From contig CAMUVE010000005.1 of the NCBI GenBank assembly GCA_947163985.1, forward strand, positions 9,760 through 73,759: a stretch of DNA of 64,000 bases, in the 5' to 3' direction. How positions within the stretch are numbered: the first letter of the stretch is position 1; the number at the start of each line of letters is the position of its first letter. This DNA comes from an uncultured Prevotella sp. (GTDB lineage Bacteria; Bacteroidota; Bacteroidia; Bacteroidales; Bacteroidaceae). The notes below the pieces were generated by a model. That model saw only the letters and a list, made by a program, of their open reading frames with translations. It had not been told where the DNA came from and did no database searches. A program made the position numbers and the translations under genes. Of this stretch, positions 20,531 through 30,074 are shown piece after piece.

Positions 20531-22773
20531 TACAGTCTTTCGAATAAAGGCAACTGGTTGCCGCCGTCAACGTGAGTAACACGGTCGTTGAGTTCCGCCA
20601 GTTTACCGTGATTCCAACGGTCAGTCGTTCCCACGAGATAACCCGTGATGCGCTGCAGACGGTCTATGTGGTGACTGCCGCACTTAGGACAGCTCTCCAT
20701 GTTCGGGTCAGCATTCTCGTATCCGCACTCCATGCAGCGGTTGCGGTTGTGGTTCACCGAGCCGTAGCCCATGTTCATGCGGTCCATCATGTCCACCACG
20801 TCCATGATAACCTTCGGGTTGTGTGTGGCGTCGCCGTCAATCTCAACGTAGAAGATATGTCCAGCGCGGGTCTTCTCGTGATATGGAGCCTCGACCTCAG
20901 CCTTGTGGCGTGCCGAACACTTGTAATATACCGGTACGTGGTTCGAGTTTGTGTAGTAGTCGCGGTCGGTGACGCCGGGTATGCTGCCGAACTTCTTGCG
21001 GTCAACCTTTGTAAACTTACCCGCCAGACCCTCTGCCGGTGTGGCGAGGATGCTGTAGTTATGTTGATACTCCTCCGAGAAGTCGTTGGCGCGCTGACGC
21101 ATGTACTCTACAATCTTCAGTCCCAGTTCCTGTGCTTCCTCTGACTCTCCGTGGTGCTTGCCGACGAGAGCCTTGAGACACTCCGCCAATCCTATGAAGC
21201 CGATGCCCAGCGTTCCTTGGTTGATGACACTCTCTATGGTGTCGTCAGCCTTCAGGTGTTCTGCGTTTATCCACAGCGAGCGCATGAGCAGCGGGAACTG
21301 TTTGGCGAAGGCAGTCTTCTGGAAGTTGAAGCGTTCGTGAAGCTGTCGCGCCGTAATCTCGAGCATGTGGTCCAGTTTTGCGAAAAACGTTGATATACGC
21401 TGTTCCTTGTCGTCGATGACCATACACTCAATGGCAAGACGAACGATGTTTATCGTTGAGAACGACAGGTTTCCGCGACCTATGGATGTCTTTTCGCCGA
21501 AGCGGTTCTCGAAGACGCGTGTCCTACAACCCATCGTGGCCACCTCGTACATATAGCGCTTAGGGTCGTCGGCACGCCAGCGGTCGTCTTGGTTGTATGT
21601 GGCGTCGAGGTTCAGGAAGTTAGGGAAGAACCTCCGTGCCGTCACCTTGCATGCCAGTTGGTAGAGGTCGTAGTTGCGGTCCTCAGGGAGGTAGTTGACG
21701 CCGCGTTTCTTCTTCCATATCTGGATGGGGAAGATAGCCGTCTCGCCGTTGCCTACACCTTCGTATGTGGATATCAGTATCTCACGCATTATGCAACGTC
21801 CCTCGGCACTTGTGTCCGTGCCGTAGTTGATGCTTGAGAACACTACCTGGTTACCGCCGCGCGAGTGTATGGTGTTCATGTTGTGGATGAAAGCCTCCAT
21901 AGACTGGTGCACGCGTGCTACCGTCTTGTTCATGGCGTGCTGGAAGGCGCGCTCCTCACCCTTCAGTCCGTCCAGAGGGCGTGTTACGAAATCGTCCACC
22001 TCTTTATTATATAGGTGTGCATAGCTCTCGCCGTTAAGGTCCTCAAGGTTTTTAAGTTCCTCAATGAAACTGCTGCGAACGTACGGTGCGAGGTAGAAGT
22101 CGAAGGCGGGTATGGCCTGTCCGCCGTGCATTTCGTTCTGTGCCGTCTCCATAGAGATACATGCCAATACCGACGCTGTCTCTATGCGTTTTGCCGGACG
22201 TGACGAGCCGTGACCTGCAGAGAAGCCTCCCTCAAGAATGTGGTCCAGAGGGTGCTGTACGCACGTCAGCGACTTTGTGGGGTAGTAGTCTTTATCGTGG
22301 ATGTGCAGATAGTTGTTGGCTACGGCGTCACGGCTTTCCTCAGACAGTAGATAGTCGTCAACGAAAGGTTTCGTCGATTCCGATGCGAACTTCATCATCA
22401 TTCCCGCCGGTGTGTCAGCGTTCATGTTGGCGTTCTCACGGGTAACGTCGTTGTTCTTGATGTTGATGATTTCCAGGAATACGTCGCGCGTCTTCGCCTT
22501 ACGGGCTATAGAGCGCTGGTTGCGGTAAGCTATGTAGCGCTGAGCCACGTCCTTGCGTGCACTCTTCATAAGCTCCATCTCCACAGCGTCCTGAATGTTC
22601 TCCACCGTCATCTGTGGCTTACCATGTACGTTAACATAGTCAGTAATCTGTTGGATGAGTCGTTCGTCCTCACCCAGGTCTGTGTGCATCATTGCCTTAC
22701 GAATAGCAGCCATGATTTTCTGTTCGTTAAAGCCCACGATGCGTCCGTCTCTTTTTACAACTGTCTGTATCAT
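20530..22773 (-). CDS. nrdD: Anaerobic (class III) ribonucleoside-triphosphate reductase
   Basis: N-terminal ATP cone (VVKRDG), MGCRT, TPAE, Zn-finger CxxC...CxxC, glycyl radical motif RITGY. Confidence 0.97.
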   Translation of the reverse strand: MIQTVVKRDGRIVGFNEQKIMAAIRKAMMHTDLGEDERLIQQITDYVNVHGKPQMTVENIQDAVEMELMKSARKDVAQRYIAYRNQRSIARKAKTRDVFLEIINIKNNDVTRENANMNADTPAGMMMKFASESTKPFVDDYLLSEESRDAVANNYLHIHDKDYYPTKSLTCVQHPLDHILEGGFSAGHGSSRPAKRIETASVLACISMETAQNEMHGGQAIPAFDFYLAPYVRSSFIEELKNLEDLNGESYAHLYNKEVDDFVTRPLDGLKGEERAFQHAMNKTVARVHQSMEAFIHNMNTIHSRGGNQVVFSSINYGTDTSAEGRCIMREILISTYEGVGNGETAIFPIQIWKKKRGVNYLPEDRNYDLYQLACKVTARRFFPNFLNLDATYNQDDRWRADDPKRYMYEVATMGCRTRVFENRFGEKTSIGRGNLSFSTINIVRLAIECMVIDDKEQRISTFFAKLDHMLEITARQLHERFNFQKTAFAKQFPLLMRSLWINAEHLKADDTIESVINQGTLGIGFIGLAECLKALVGKHHGESEEAQELGLKIVEYMRQRANDFSEEYQHNYSILATPAEGLAGKFTKVDRKKFGSIPGVTDRDYYTNSNHVPVYYKCSARHKAEVEAPYHEKTRAGHIFYVEIDGDATHNPKVIMDVVDMMDRMNMGYGSVNHNRNRCMECGYENADPNMESCPKCGSHHIDRLQRITGYLVGTTDRWNHGKLAELNDRVTHVDGGNQLPLFERL

Positions 22774-23232
22774 TTTATGTTATGAATGTTATTATATATA
22801 TTAAATTAATGTGTAAGTTTTCTCCCGTAAATTTCGTTCCCGAAATTCGTTTGCAAATATACTACAAATATCAATAAGTTGTACGTTTTGGAAAACTTTT
22901 CTCGTGTTAAAAAATGTCAATCCACTGATTATCAATCACTTGATTTCTCGTTTTGGAAAACTTTGTTCCAAATGCAGTTTCCTAAACTTTTCCATTTTGT
23001 CACACTTTTCTCTTAAACTATCCCTTGTAACTTTCACTCTTCGTCACTCTCTTTCAGTGTCTTATGCCCCGATAGCAAAAATCGTTCAAAATAGTGGTAC
23101 AAATGTTACATTGAACGAAATCTTCTATATATTGAAACATAATTTTCGTGTCGTCAGTCCGATTTCCCGTACTTTTGCACCATAATTTTTTTGAGAGCAG
23201 TTAAATCTATTATTAATTAAAAGAACAATCTT

Positions 23233-24144
23233 ATGAAAAAGTTATTTTTACTCATGTGCCTTATGGCATCAACAGTTATGAATGCACAGGTAGTACTGTG
23301 GGATGGTGAGGACAAGGAAGTTGGAAGCGACGGAGGTTTCTGGTACCGTAGCACTCCTACCGTAATAGAAGAGGAGGGCAACAAATGTCTGAAGGCTACA
23401 CTCTCAAGTGAAGGCGAGGAGTGGGAGCGCCAGAACATTGCTCTCGGTCTTGGCGATTATAACCTGAAGGGTCTGCGTCGCGTTACCCTTAGAATAAAGA
23501 TGGCTGAAGCTCATAACGTAAAGGTGAAGCTGGGTAAGGACGGAGCATACGTTCTTGAGAGACTGGCATGGTGTAATCCTAACGAATGGCAGGTTCTCGT
23601 TCTTGAATATGGTGAGGGTCCTGACAATGACAAGGTTGTTGACGAAGGTAACACTTACCTGGAGATATGGCCGTACGAAAACTACGACGCTTCGAAGAAC
23701 GGACAGGTGGTGTATATAGACGACATCAAGGTTGAAGGTACTATGGTAAACGATATGGCTATCCGCACTATGGCAGACAACTCACTGACAGGTGAAGTTA
23801 AGGTAACCGGCGTTATTGGTAAGGGTACATATCAGTGTACATGGGATGGCGACTGGCATCCAGAAGCTTATGACGACTATGCACTCCTGGCATCAAAGCT
23901 CGCTCCTACAGCAACAAAACTCGATGTTACTGAGGCAGCACGTTGGGATGAGGACTGGTCAGCAATCCTTGAGAAGTGTCCTGGCATCGAAATCGTAACA
24001 GAGGAAACTGACGGCATCCGCTCAATTGAGAATTCGGAATTGAGAATGGAGAATTCTAATTACTATACCCTCGCTGGTCAGAAGGTTGACAGCAACTACA
24101 AAGGAATAGTAATCCGAAACGGCAAGAAATTCGTTGTTAAGTGA
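23233..24144 (+). CDS. Secreted protein with putative carbohydrate-binding-like N-terminal domain and short C-terminal sorting tail
   Basis: Signal peptide (NA|Q), Trp-rich beta domain ending VYIDDIKV, tail YTLAGQKVDSNYKGIVIRNGKKFVVK; -7 box at 23170-23177. Confidence 0.7.
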   Translation: MKKLFLLMCLMASTVMNAQVVLWDGEDKEVGSDGGFWYRSTPTVIEEEGNKCLKATLSSEGEEWERQNIALGLGDYNLKGLRRVTLRIKMAEAHNVKVKLGKDGAYVLERLAWCNPNEWQVLVLEYGEGPDNDKVVDEGNTYLEIWPYENYDASKNGQVVYIDDIKVEGTMVNDMAIRTMADNSLTGEVKVTGVIGKGTYQCTWDGDWHPEAYDDYALLASKLAPTATKLDVTEAARWDEDWSAILEKCPGIEIVTEETDGIRSIENSELRMENSNYYTLAGQKVDSNYKGIVIRNGKKFVVK

Positions 24145-24194
24145 GAGCAAAGTTCAAAAATCCTTAAGTAGTGTTTATTCTTCATATTAAGTTA

Positions 24195-24224
24195 AAAGAC
24201 CTCGACGTGATTGTCGAGGTCTTT
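24195..24224 (+). terminator. Intrinsic terminator-like hairpin
   Basis: Perfect 12-bp stem AAAGACCTCGAC/GTCGAGGTCTTT about 50 nt after the stop at 24144. Confidence 0.75.
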
Positions 24225-24237
24225 GTGTTAGTGGTCA

Positions 24238-24398
24238 TACGTTATACTAGAAATTCTACCTCAAAGGGTGTAAGGGTGTTAAACCCCTGTGTTTATCGGG
24301 GATAGAGCACCACACCCTGTGGTGTTGCGCTGCAAGCCTTTATCCATCGGACTTTGCACACCCTACACCCTCAGATGTGAAATTCCCAGTATAACGTA
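24238..24398. mobile_element. 161-bp non-coding element with long imperfect terminal inverted repeats (MITE-like)
   Basis: Left TACGTTATACTAGAAATTCTACCTCAAAGGGTGTAAGGGTGT vs revcomp of right TACGTTATACTGGGAATTTCACATCTGAGGGTGTAGGGTGT; outer 11 bp are perfect. Confidence 0.55.
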
Positions 24399-24432
24399 GT
24401 ATCTTCTTGCCCCTTGCTCATAGCCACTAAAT

Positions 24433-24454
24433 AAGCGGAGCAGAAGCTCCGCTT
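24433..24454. terminator. Hairpin between convergent genes
   Basis: AAGCGGAGC-AGAA-GCTCCGCTT flanked by A/T runs. Confidence 0.6.
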
Positions 24455-24603
24455 TTATTAGTTAATGGTACATATCTTTTACCAATAACTTTTACTAACG
24501 TAATTATTTCACCACTTGTTACTCCACCACTTATAAAAATTGTTTTAAAAATATTTTTCATATTTACTAATCCGATGGCACTTGTGAGGCTTTTAATTTT
24601 TCC

Positions 24604-25854
24604 TTATTTTAGCGGGTAGCGTTTCAGCACCTGAGTCATGCAGTGGGCGGCACCAAAGCCGTCTATGAGGTTGTCGAGTGGCACCCATTCCACAGTCACT
24701 CCTGCATCGCTGAATCGCTGTTGCAGCATTGCCGACTGTCCTGCTACCGCCATAATGTGGCGTGGTGCTATGGTGAGGAAGTTGTTGGCATAGTGCTCCT
24801 CGTCGTCCACGTCTATCGGTATTATGGTGAAACCCCTGCTGCGTAAAAACTCCACGAAGGACAGGTCTTTCTTCCATAGTACATAGTCCTTGGTGCCAGG
24901 CTTTCGTGCCCAGATGTCGCAGGTGTTATATTCCGGGTCGCCCGGCTTGGCATAGAGTCTGCTGCTCACCATAGTACACAGGTCTTTGTCTATGATGTTG
25001 AAGTGTGTGTCTAAGTGCATCTGCTTCTGCCACAGCTTATGGTCGCGTACCACCAGCACCGTGTCGTGTCCGAAGGCATCAGCCTCCATCATCTGTCGTA
25101 TGCCCTCGTCGTTGGTTCTCATGCCGCAGCCTATCATCGAGATATTCCCCGCAGGGATATAGTCGCCGCCCTCCATTCGTCCCTCACCGCTGATGTGCAG
25201 TATGGGCTCCAGTCCCAAGTACCTGTAGCACATCTCGATGATGCTGGTCTCGGGTGCGCGCTGACTGCTGTTCATATTACATATCACATGTCCTCGTGGT
25301 GTGGTGATGCTCTGGTCGCGGGTGAAGTAGAGGTTCATCAGCGGGTTCTGTATATACTGTGCCTGATAGCCCGTATTATTGTCTGTCTTTGTCAGCTTCA
25401 CCGTAGGCTGCAACAGTATGCAGCGTATCAGGTCGGCGCGCGACATCTCCTCCAGCACCTCCTTGCGATACTCCTCCTGCTTCGTCTGTTCTTCGGCAGG
25501 CAGCGATGAGGTGTCATACTTCAGCACGCTAACAGCCAGTTTCCTGAGTTCCTCGATGTTCACATTCTTCAGCACCTCCATCACCGTAATTACCTTTATG
25601 CCGTTATTCTTCAGTATGTTGATATACGTCGTGTGCTCAGAGGCAGCCTCGTCCACGTCGAAGTAGTTCTCAAACAACCCCGCCGCCGGATGTATCACGC
25701 CATTAAACAGTTCCTGTCCCGGCGTATGCATCAGTATGCTGCTTGCCTTACACCATTCCGCCTGCGGATACGTCACGCCCCTCTCTTCCTGTGCCCACGC
25801 ACCCACCGCTGCAACAGCGAACAAGCAAATACCTGTAAAAAATCTCTTAATCAT
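24604..25854 (-). CDS. Arginine deiminase family protein with N-terminal signal peptide
   Basis: FTRD, EGGD, MHLDT and GAAHCMT catalytic motifs; start moved to ATG 25854 (MIKRFFTGICLFAVAAVGAWA|Q), downstream of the -7 box at 25873-25880. Confidence 0.85.
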   Translation of the reverse strand: MIKRFFTGICLFAVAAVGAWAQEERGVTYPQAEWCKASSILMHTPGQELFNGVIHPAAGLFENYFDVDEAASEHTTYINILKNNGIKVITVMEVLKNVNIEELRKLAVSVLKYDTSSLPAEEQTKQEEYRKEVLEEMSRADLIRCILLQPTVKLTKTDNNTGYQAQYIQNPLMNLYFTRDQSITTPRGHVICNMNSSQRAPETSIIEMCYRYLGLEPILHISGEGRMEGGDYIPAGNISMIGCGMRTNDEGIRQMMEADAFGHDTVLVVRDHKLWQKQMHLDTHFNIIDKDLCTMVSSRLYAKPGDPEYNTCDIWARKPGTKDYVLWKKDLSFVEFLRSRGFTIIPIDVDDEEHYANNFLTIAPRHIMAVAGQSAMLQQRFSDAGVTVEWVPLDNLIDGFGAAHCMTQVLKRYPLK

Positions 25855-26023
25855 AGTATTATTTTCTGCTTGCAAAGGTAATACTTTCTATCTCATCTTG
25901 CAAGTTTTATTAAGAAAATCAGCATTCACCCACTCCCTCCAAAGGGAAGGGGCTTTTGTGTACCTGGGAACGCTACCTGTCACAAGGTTGAAATTTCCCC
26001 AGATGTAAGAAGCTATTGGTAAC

Positions 26024-26050
26024 AAAAAACGGGACTCGATTGGAGTCCCG
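26024..26050 (-). terminator. Intrinsic terminator of the amylase gene
   Basis: CGGGACTC/GAGTCCCG stem followed on the minus strand by a T-run. Confidence 0.75.
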
Positions 26051-26072
26051 CTTATTGTTATTGGTATTTGTG

Positions 26073-28127
26073 TTATTTTCTCAAATACTTCTTGCCGTTG
26101 ACGATTACTATACCCTTATAGTTCTTATCGACTTTCTGACCTGCGAGGTTGTAGTATGTGCCTCGCGAGGTGCTTTGGGTGTTAGATACCTCGTTGATAC
26201 CTGCTGGGTCGGGTACTACTCCGATGAGGGTTCCGTCGCCGCTATAGTAGCCACCGTTGACGAATATAAGGTTAGAGGTCTGGTTGTTGCCGTCGTTGAA
26301 GATGATGCCTTCGTCGTTAGATGAAGCTGACTTTCTCTGGCTTGTCTGGTATGACCACTTCCATACCTTACGTCCGCTGGTTGTGCCTACCATTGTACAA
26401 GGTACACCTGGCCATACGTTGCCGGTATAGTTGTAGTTCTTGTCCCAGCGCCAGCAGTTGACGTTGCCCCATGATGCGGGAGCCTCGAAGAAGGCGCAGG
26501 TCTCGCCAGCGTCGCGTGTGCAGAACGGTGGTATCTCCTGTTCCTTAATGGTGTATGTGCGTGTGACGATGGAACTTACAGTACCACCCTTGAGTATGCC
26601 TGCCTTGAGGGTTGTCTCACCAACAGGGATAGTAACGGTTACAGCATTTGTAGCTGATGGGCTTGAAGCTGTGGGGTCGCTACCATTGGTGGTGTAAACA
26701 ATCTTTGCTGAGGCGTCAGAGGTGAGGAGTGAGATGGTAGCCTTCTGCGAACCGGTGTATGTGCCTGATGCAAGGCTTATCATCACCTCGTTGAACTTCT
26801 TCTCGATATAGTATTTATAGTGATAGCCCGAAGCCACTAGTGCGTATTGGTTGAGGTCGGGGGTGTAGTCGCCGGTACCTACTACGCAAATGAGCTTAGA
26901 CTTTGTTCCCTGTACCTCTACGGCGCAAACAGACTGTTCTGCCTTTAGTGAGCTGTAGGTGCTCATGTTGTGGATGCCTGCCTTCTTACGTATCTGTATC
27001 ATCTGGGATATTTGGTTCTTGTATGCCAGCCAGTGCTTGTAGAATACGCAGGGTGTTCCGGGCATAGCGAGCAAGAATGCGTTAGCAGCCAGAGTGTCCC
27101 TGCGCAGCGGTCCGTTGGAAGAACCGTCAGGACGTACCTCGGTGTCGTGGTTTTCTACGAAGGGAACAGCCCAACGACGGTATCCGCCTTCTGCATACAT
27201 ATTAGAAATGAGAGGCCAGTTGCGTACTCCCCAGCTATCACCGTTATAGCTCATGAGGTTGCCATAGTTTCCATTGTTACATGCGTTGCCTACCACATAC
27301 TTGAACTGGAAGTCGAAGGCTGCCGACTGAGGCATGTCGCCCCACTTTGTAGCATCGATCCATTCGCGTATCTTTCCTGTACCGTCCCAGTATTCGCCTA
27401 CGGAGAACTCTGGGTTTGCGTCGTGGTTGTAAACTGAGGTGTTGCCGCCCGGGTAGCCTTTTACCATATCGTAACGGAAACCGGCGTAACCAAAGTCGTT
27501 AAGGAGCATCTTAAGATAAGCCTTAACGCACTTCTGTACGTTGGCGCTGGTGTGGTCGAGGTCACGATATCCGTCCCAGTCCTCAGTAGTTTCCGGATTA
27601 CCGAGCTGTTTACCTTCTTTGTCTGCTTGTGCCTTAGCCTTACCTCCGTCGTCGGTAGAGCAAACATCCTTAGATGTCATTTGGTAGGTCACATTGTTAT
27701 AGGTCTCAGATGGGAAGTTGAACCATCCACTTTCGGTATTGCGGTGATTGATAACAACGTCGCCAATAACCTTAACGTTCAAGTTCTTAAAGGTTTGGAT
27801 CATGGTGCGCAAATCGTTCTCACCGCCGAAAGCGCTGCTGTAGTGATTGCCTCCAGGGAACCAGTACTTGGCATCGTAGCCCATCGACTTACCACCGCAG
27901 TTACCACTTTGGGGAATCCAGATAAGGTCGAAGTTCTCCGACAGAAGCTGAGCATTTTTGGTAAGGTTTGTCCACTTGGTGTCGGAATAAGAGTTCCAGT
28001 AGAATGCCTGAAGCATTACTCCACCATAATTTGCAGGCCAGCCATTGTTATCAGCCGCCTTGACGTTCTGACATGCAAACATCATGATTGCCGTCAGCAT
28101 CATTGTGATAATAAACTGTCGTTTCAT
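26073..28127 (-). CDS. Secreted GH13 alpha-amylase with Fn3/chitobiase-like and starch-binding modules and short C-terminal sorting tail
   Basis: DVVINH, GFRYDMVKG, GEYW, FVENHD (GH13 regions I-IV); YTTNGSDPT module; Trp-rich WPG module; tail YNLAGQKVDKNYKGIVIVNGKKYLRK. Confidence 0.92.
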   Translation of the reverse strand: MKRQFIITMMLTAIMMFACQNVKAADNNGWPANYGGVMLQAFYWNSYSDTKWTNLTKNAQLLSENFDLIWIPQSGNCGGKSMGYDAKYWFPGGNHYSSAFGGENDLRTMIQTFKNLNVKVIGDVVINHRNTESGWFNFPSETYNNVTYQMTSKDVCSTDDGGKAKAQADKEGKQLGNPETTEDWDGYRDLDHTSANVQKCVKAYLKMLLNDFGYAGFRYDMVKGYPGGNTSVYNHDANPEFSVGEYWDGTGKIREWIDATKWGDMPQSAAFDFQFKYVVGNACNNGNYGNLMSYNGDSWGVRNWPLISNMYAEGGYRRWAVPFVENHDTEVRPDGSSNGPLRRDTLAANAFLLAMPGTPCVFYKHWLAYKNQISQMIQIRKKAGIHNMSTYSSLKAEQSVCAVEVQGTKSKLICVVGTGDYTPDLNQYALVASGYHYKYYIEKKFNEVMISLASGTYTGSQKATISLLTSDASAKIVYTTNGSDPTASSPSATNAVTVTIPVGETTLKAGILKGGTVSSIVTRTYTIKEQEIPPFCTRDAGETCAFFEAPASWGNVNCWRWDKNYNYTGNVWPGVPCTMVGTTSGRKVWKWSYQTSQRKSASSNDEGIIFNDGNNQTSNLIFVNGGYYSGDGTLIGVVPDPAGINEVSNTQSTSRGTYYNLAGQKVDKNYKGIVIVNGKKYLRK

Positions 28128-28239
28128 ATTTTTAGTAGTAATAGATTTTCTAAATGCAAAACTAATGATTATTTCTTTATTTTATTTCCGATTTCTTGAA
28201 TTATTATTGTTTTGCTTAGTGCAAACGTTTGCATGGCTG

Positions 28240-29295
28240 TCAGAGGACTATCTCTCCGGACCCGTAGCACTTATGGTGGTCTTCGTCGTAGATGACGCAG
28301 AACTGTCCTGGTGCGACGCCCTGTATGAGGTAGTCGGACTTGAGGAGGTAGGTGCCGTCGGCGGTCTTCTGGATGTCTGCATAGTGACGGTCCGGCGTGT
28401 GACGTATCTTGAACGACACGCGTGAGGGCAGTTCTTTTGCTGTCAGGAAGTTGAAGTTATGGAAAGAAAATTCTTTACTCCACGCCTTCACGGGTTCGTA
28501 GCCTCGGATGACGTAGAGGATGTTCTGTTGCATATCTTTTTTCACGACGTTCCAGGGTCCGCCAGAGAGTCCGAGTCCTTTGCGCTGACCGATGGTGTGG
28601 AACCACAGTCCGCGGTGCTGTCCGATGACTTTTCCCGTCTCCATATCGATGATGTCGCCCGGGTTCTCACCGAGGTAACGACGGATGTATTCGTTGTAGT
28701 TTATCTTGCCCAGGAAACAGATGCCCTGAGAGTCTTTGCGTTTGGCGTTGACGAGGTGTTCGCGCTCTGCTATCTGACGCACCTCCTCCTTGCGGTAGTG
28801 TCCTATGGGGAAGAGGGCTTTCTTCAGCTGCCAGTCGTCAATCTGTGCGAGGAAGTCGGTCTGGTCCTTCACGGGGTCGGGACTTGTGGTGAGCCACTTC
28901 TCGCCGTCAATCCACTCCGTCTGTGCGTAGTGTCCCGTTGCTATTAGGTCGTAGTCGCGTCCCGCCTTCTCGTCGAAGGCACCGAACTTAATGAGTCGGT
29001 TGCACATAACGTCGGGGTTAGGGGTGAAACCGGCACGCACCTTCTCCATAGTGTATGACGTCACGCGGTCCCAGTATTCCTTGTGACAGTCAACCACCTC
29101 CAGACGACAGCCGTACCTACGTGCTACGGCGGTAGCCATCTCGAGGTCTTCCTCCGAGGAGCAGTCCCACTCTTCGTCTTCGTCGGGACCTATCTTTATG
29201 TAGAAACAGTCGGGGTGCAGACCCTGCTGTGCCAGTTCGTGGACGACGACGGCACTGTCAACACCTCCTGAGAGTAATACTGCTATCTTATTCAT
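28240..29295 (-). CDS. mnmA: tRNA-specific 2-thiouridylase
   Basis: LSGGVDS, TPNPDVMCN, ATGHY, KDQTDFL, DSQGICF, TIGQRKGL. Confidence 0.96.
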   Translation of the reverse strand: MNKIAVLLSGGVDSAVVVHELAQQGLHPDCFYIKIGPDEDEEWDCSSEEDLEMATAVARRYGCRLEVVDCHKEYWDRVTSYTMEKVRAGFTPNPDVMCNRLIKFGAFDEKAGRDYDLIATGHYAQTEWIDGEKWLTTSPDPVKDQTDFLAQIDDWQLKKALFPIGHYRKEEVRQIAEREHLVNAKRKDSQGICFLGKINYNEYIRRYLGENPGDIIDMETGKVIGQHRGLWFHTIGQRKGLGLSGGPWNVVKKDMQQNILYVIRGYEPVKAWSKEFSFHNFNFLTAKELPSRVSFKIRHTPDRHYADIQKTADGTYLLKSDYLIQGVAPGQFCVIYDEDHHKCYGSGEIVL

Positions 29296-29366
29296 TTGAG
29301 AATTGAGAATTGAGAATTGAGAGTGGAGAAACCCGATTAAGAGTTAAGAGTTAAGAGTGAAGAGTG
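29296..29366. repeat. Two adjacent heptamer arrays (TTGAGAA)x5 and (TTAAGAG)x4
   Basis: 29296-29330 and 29337-29366; they fill most of the HAD-mnmA junction and encode the last HAD residues (HSSLLTLNS*). Confidence 0.9.
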
Positions 29367-30074
29367 GCAATTTGCTGCCGCCCGATTAAGAGCTATGAGT
29401 GACGGTACGAGGAGGTCGGCGCCGCGTTCGAGTAGTTTCTCATCGGGCAGTGGACCGGTGTTTACTGCTATGGTGAAGGCGCGTGATGCTACGCCAGCCT
29501 GTACTCCGAGTGGTGCGTTCTCGACGACTATGGTCTCCCAGGGTTTCGTGCCACACTTCTCCATTCCCAAGAGATAGGGGTCGGGGAAAGGCTTGCCACG
29601 CTTTACGTCGTACGCCGTAACCAGGTGCTGCTCGTCAATGAACTCGCGGAAGTCGGTGAGCAGACGGTTAATAAGCGGTCGCTGTCCGCTACCCGTGACG
29701 ATGGCTATCTGCAGTCCCTGCTGTTTCAGTGTGCGCAGCAGTGTGCGTGCTCCGTACATCAGTCGGGGACGCGGGAAGGTGGCGAAGATGCGTGCCTTCT
29801 CGTCGTACATCCGTTGTGCCTCCTCGAGGGTGATGTCTTTGTTCTGTTGTTGTTTTACGAAGTAGCGTATGGTGTCGATGCCTCGTGCTCCCTCCGTCAT
29901 GTAGGCATCTTCGGCAGTCATAGTGATGCCGAAGGACGCCATAGACCTGTTCCACGCTATGGCGTGAAGAGGCATGGAGTTGACGAGTACCCCGTCCATA
30001 TCGAAAAGCACGGCCTTGGGCTCAAAGTGCTCAAAGCCATGCTTCTTCTTATAGTTTTGAATTGACATAATCAT
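29337..30074 (-). CDS. HAD-family hydrolase (beta-phosphoglucomutase-like)
   Basis: FDMDGVL motif I, GKPFPDPY, VENAPLG; start may be 30068. Confidence 0.88.
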   Translation of the reverse strand: MIMSIQNYKKKHGFEHFEPKAVLFDMDGVLVNSMPLHAIAWNRSMASFGITMTAEDAYMTEGARGIDTIRYFVKQQQNKDITLEEAQRMYDEKARIFATFPRPRLMYGARTLLRTLKQQGLQIAIVTGSGQRPLINRLLTDFREFIDEQHLVTAYDVKRGKPFPDPYLLGMEKCGTKPWETIVVENAPLGVQAGVASRAFTIAVNTGPLPDEKLLERGADLLVPSLIALNRAAANCHSSLLTLNS

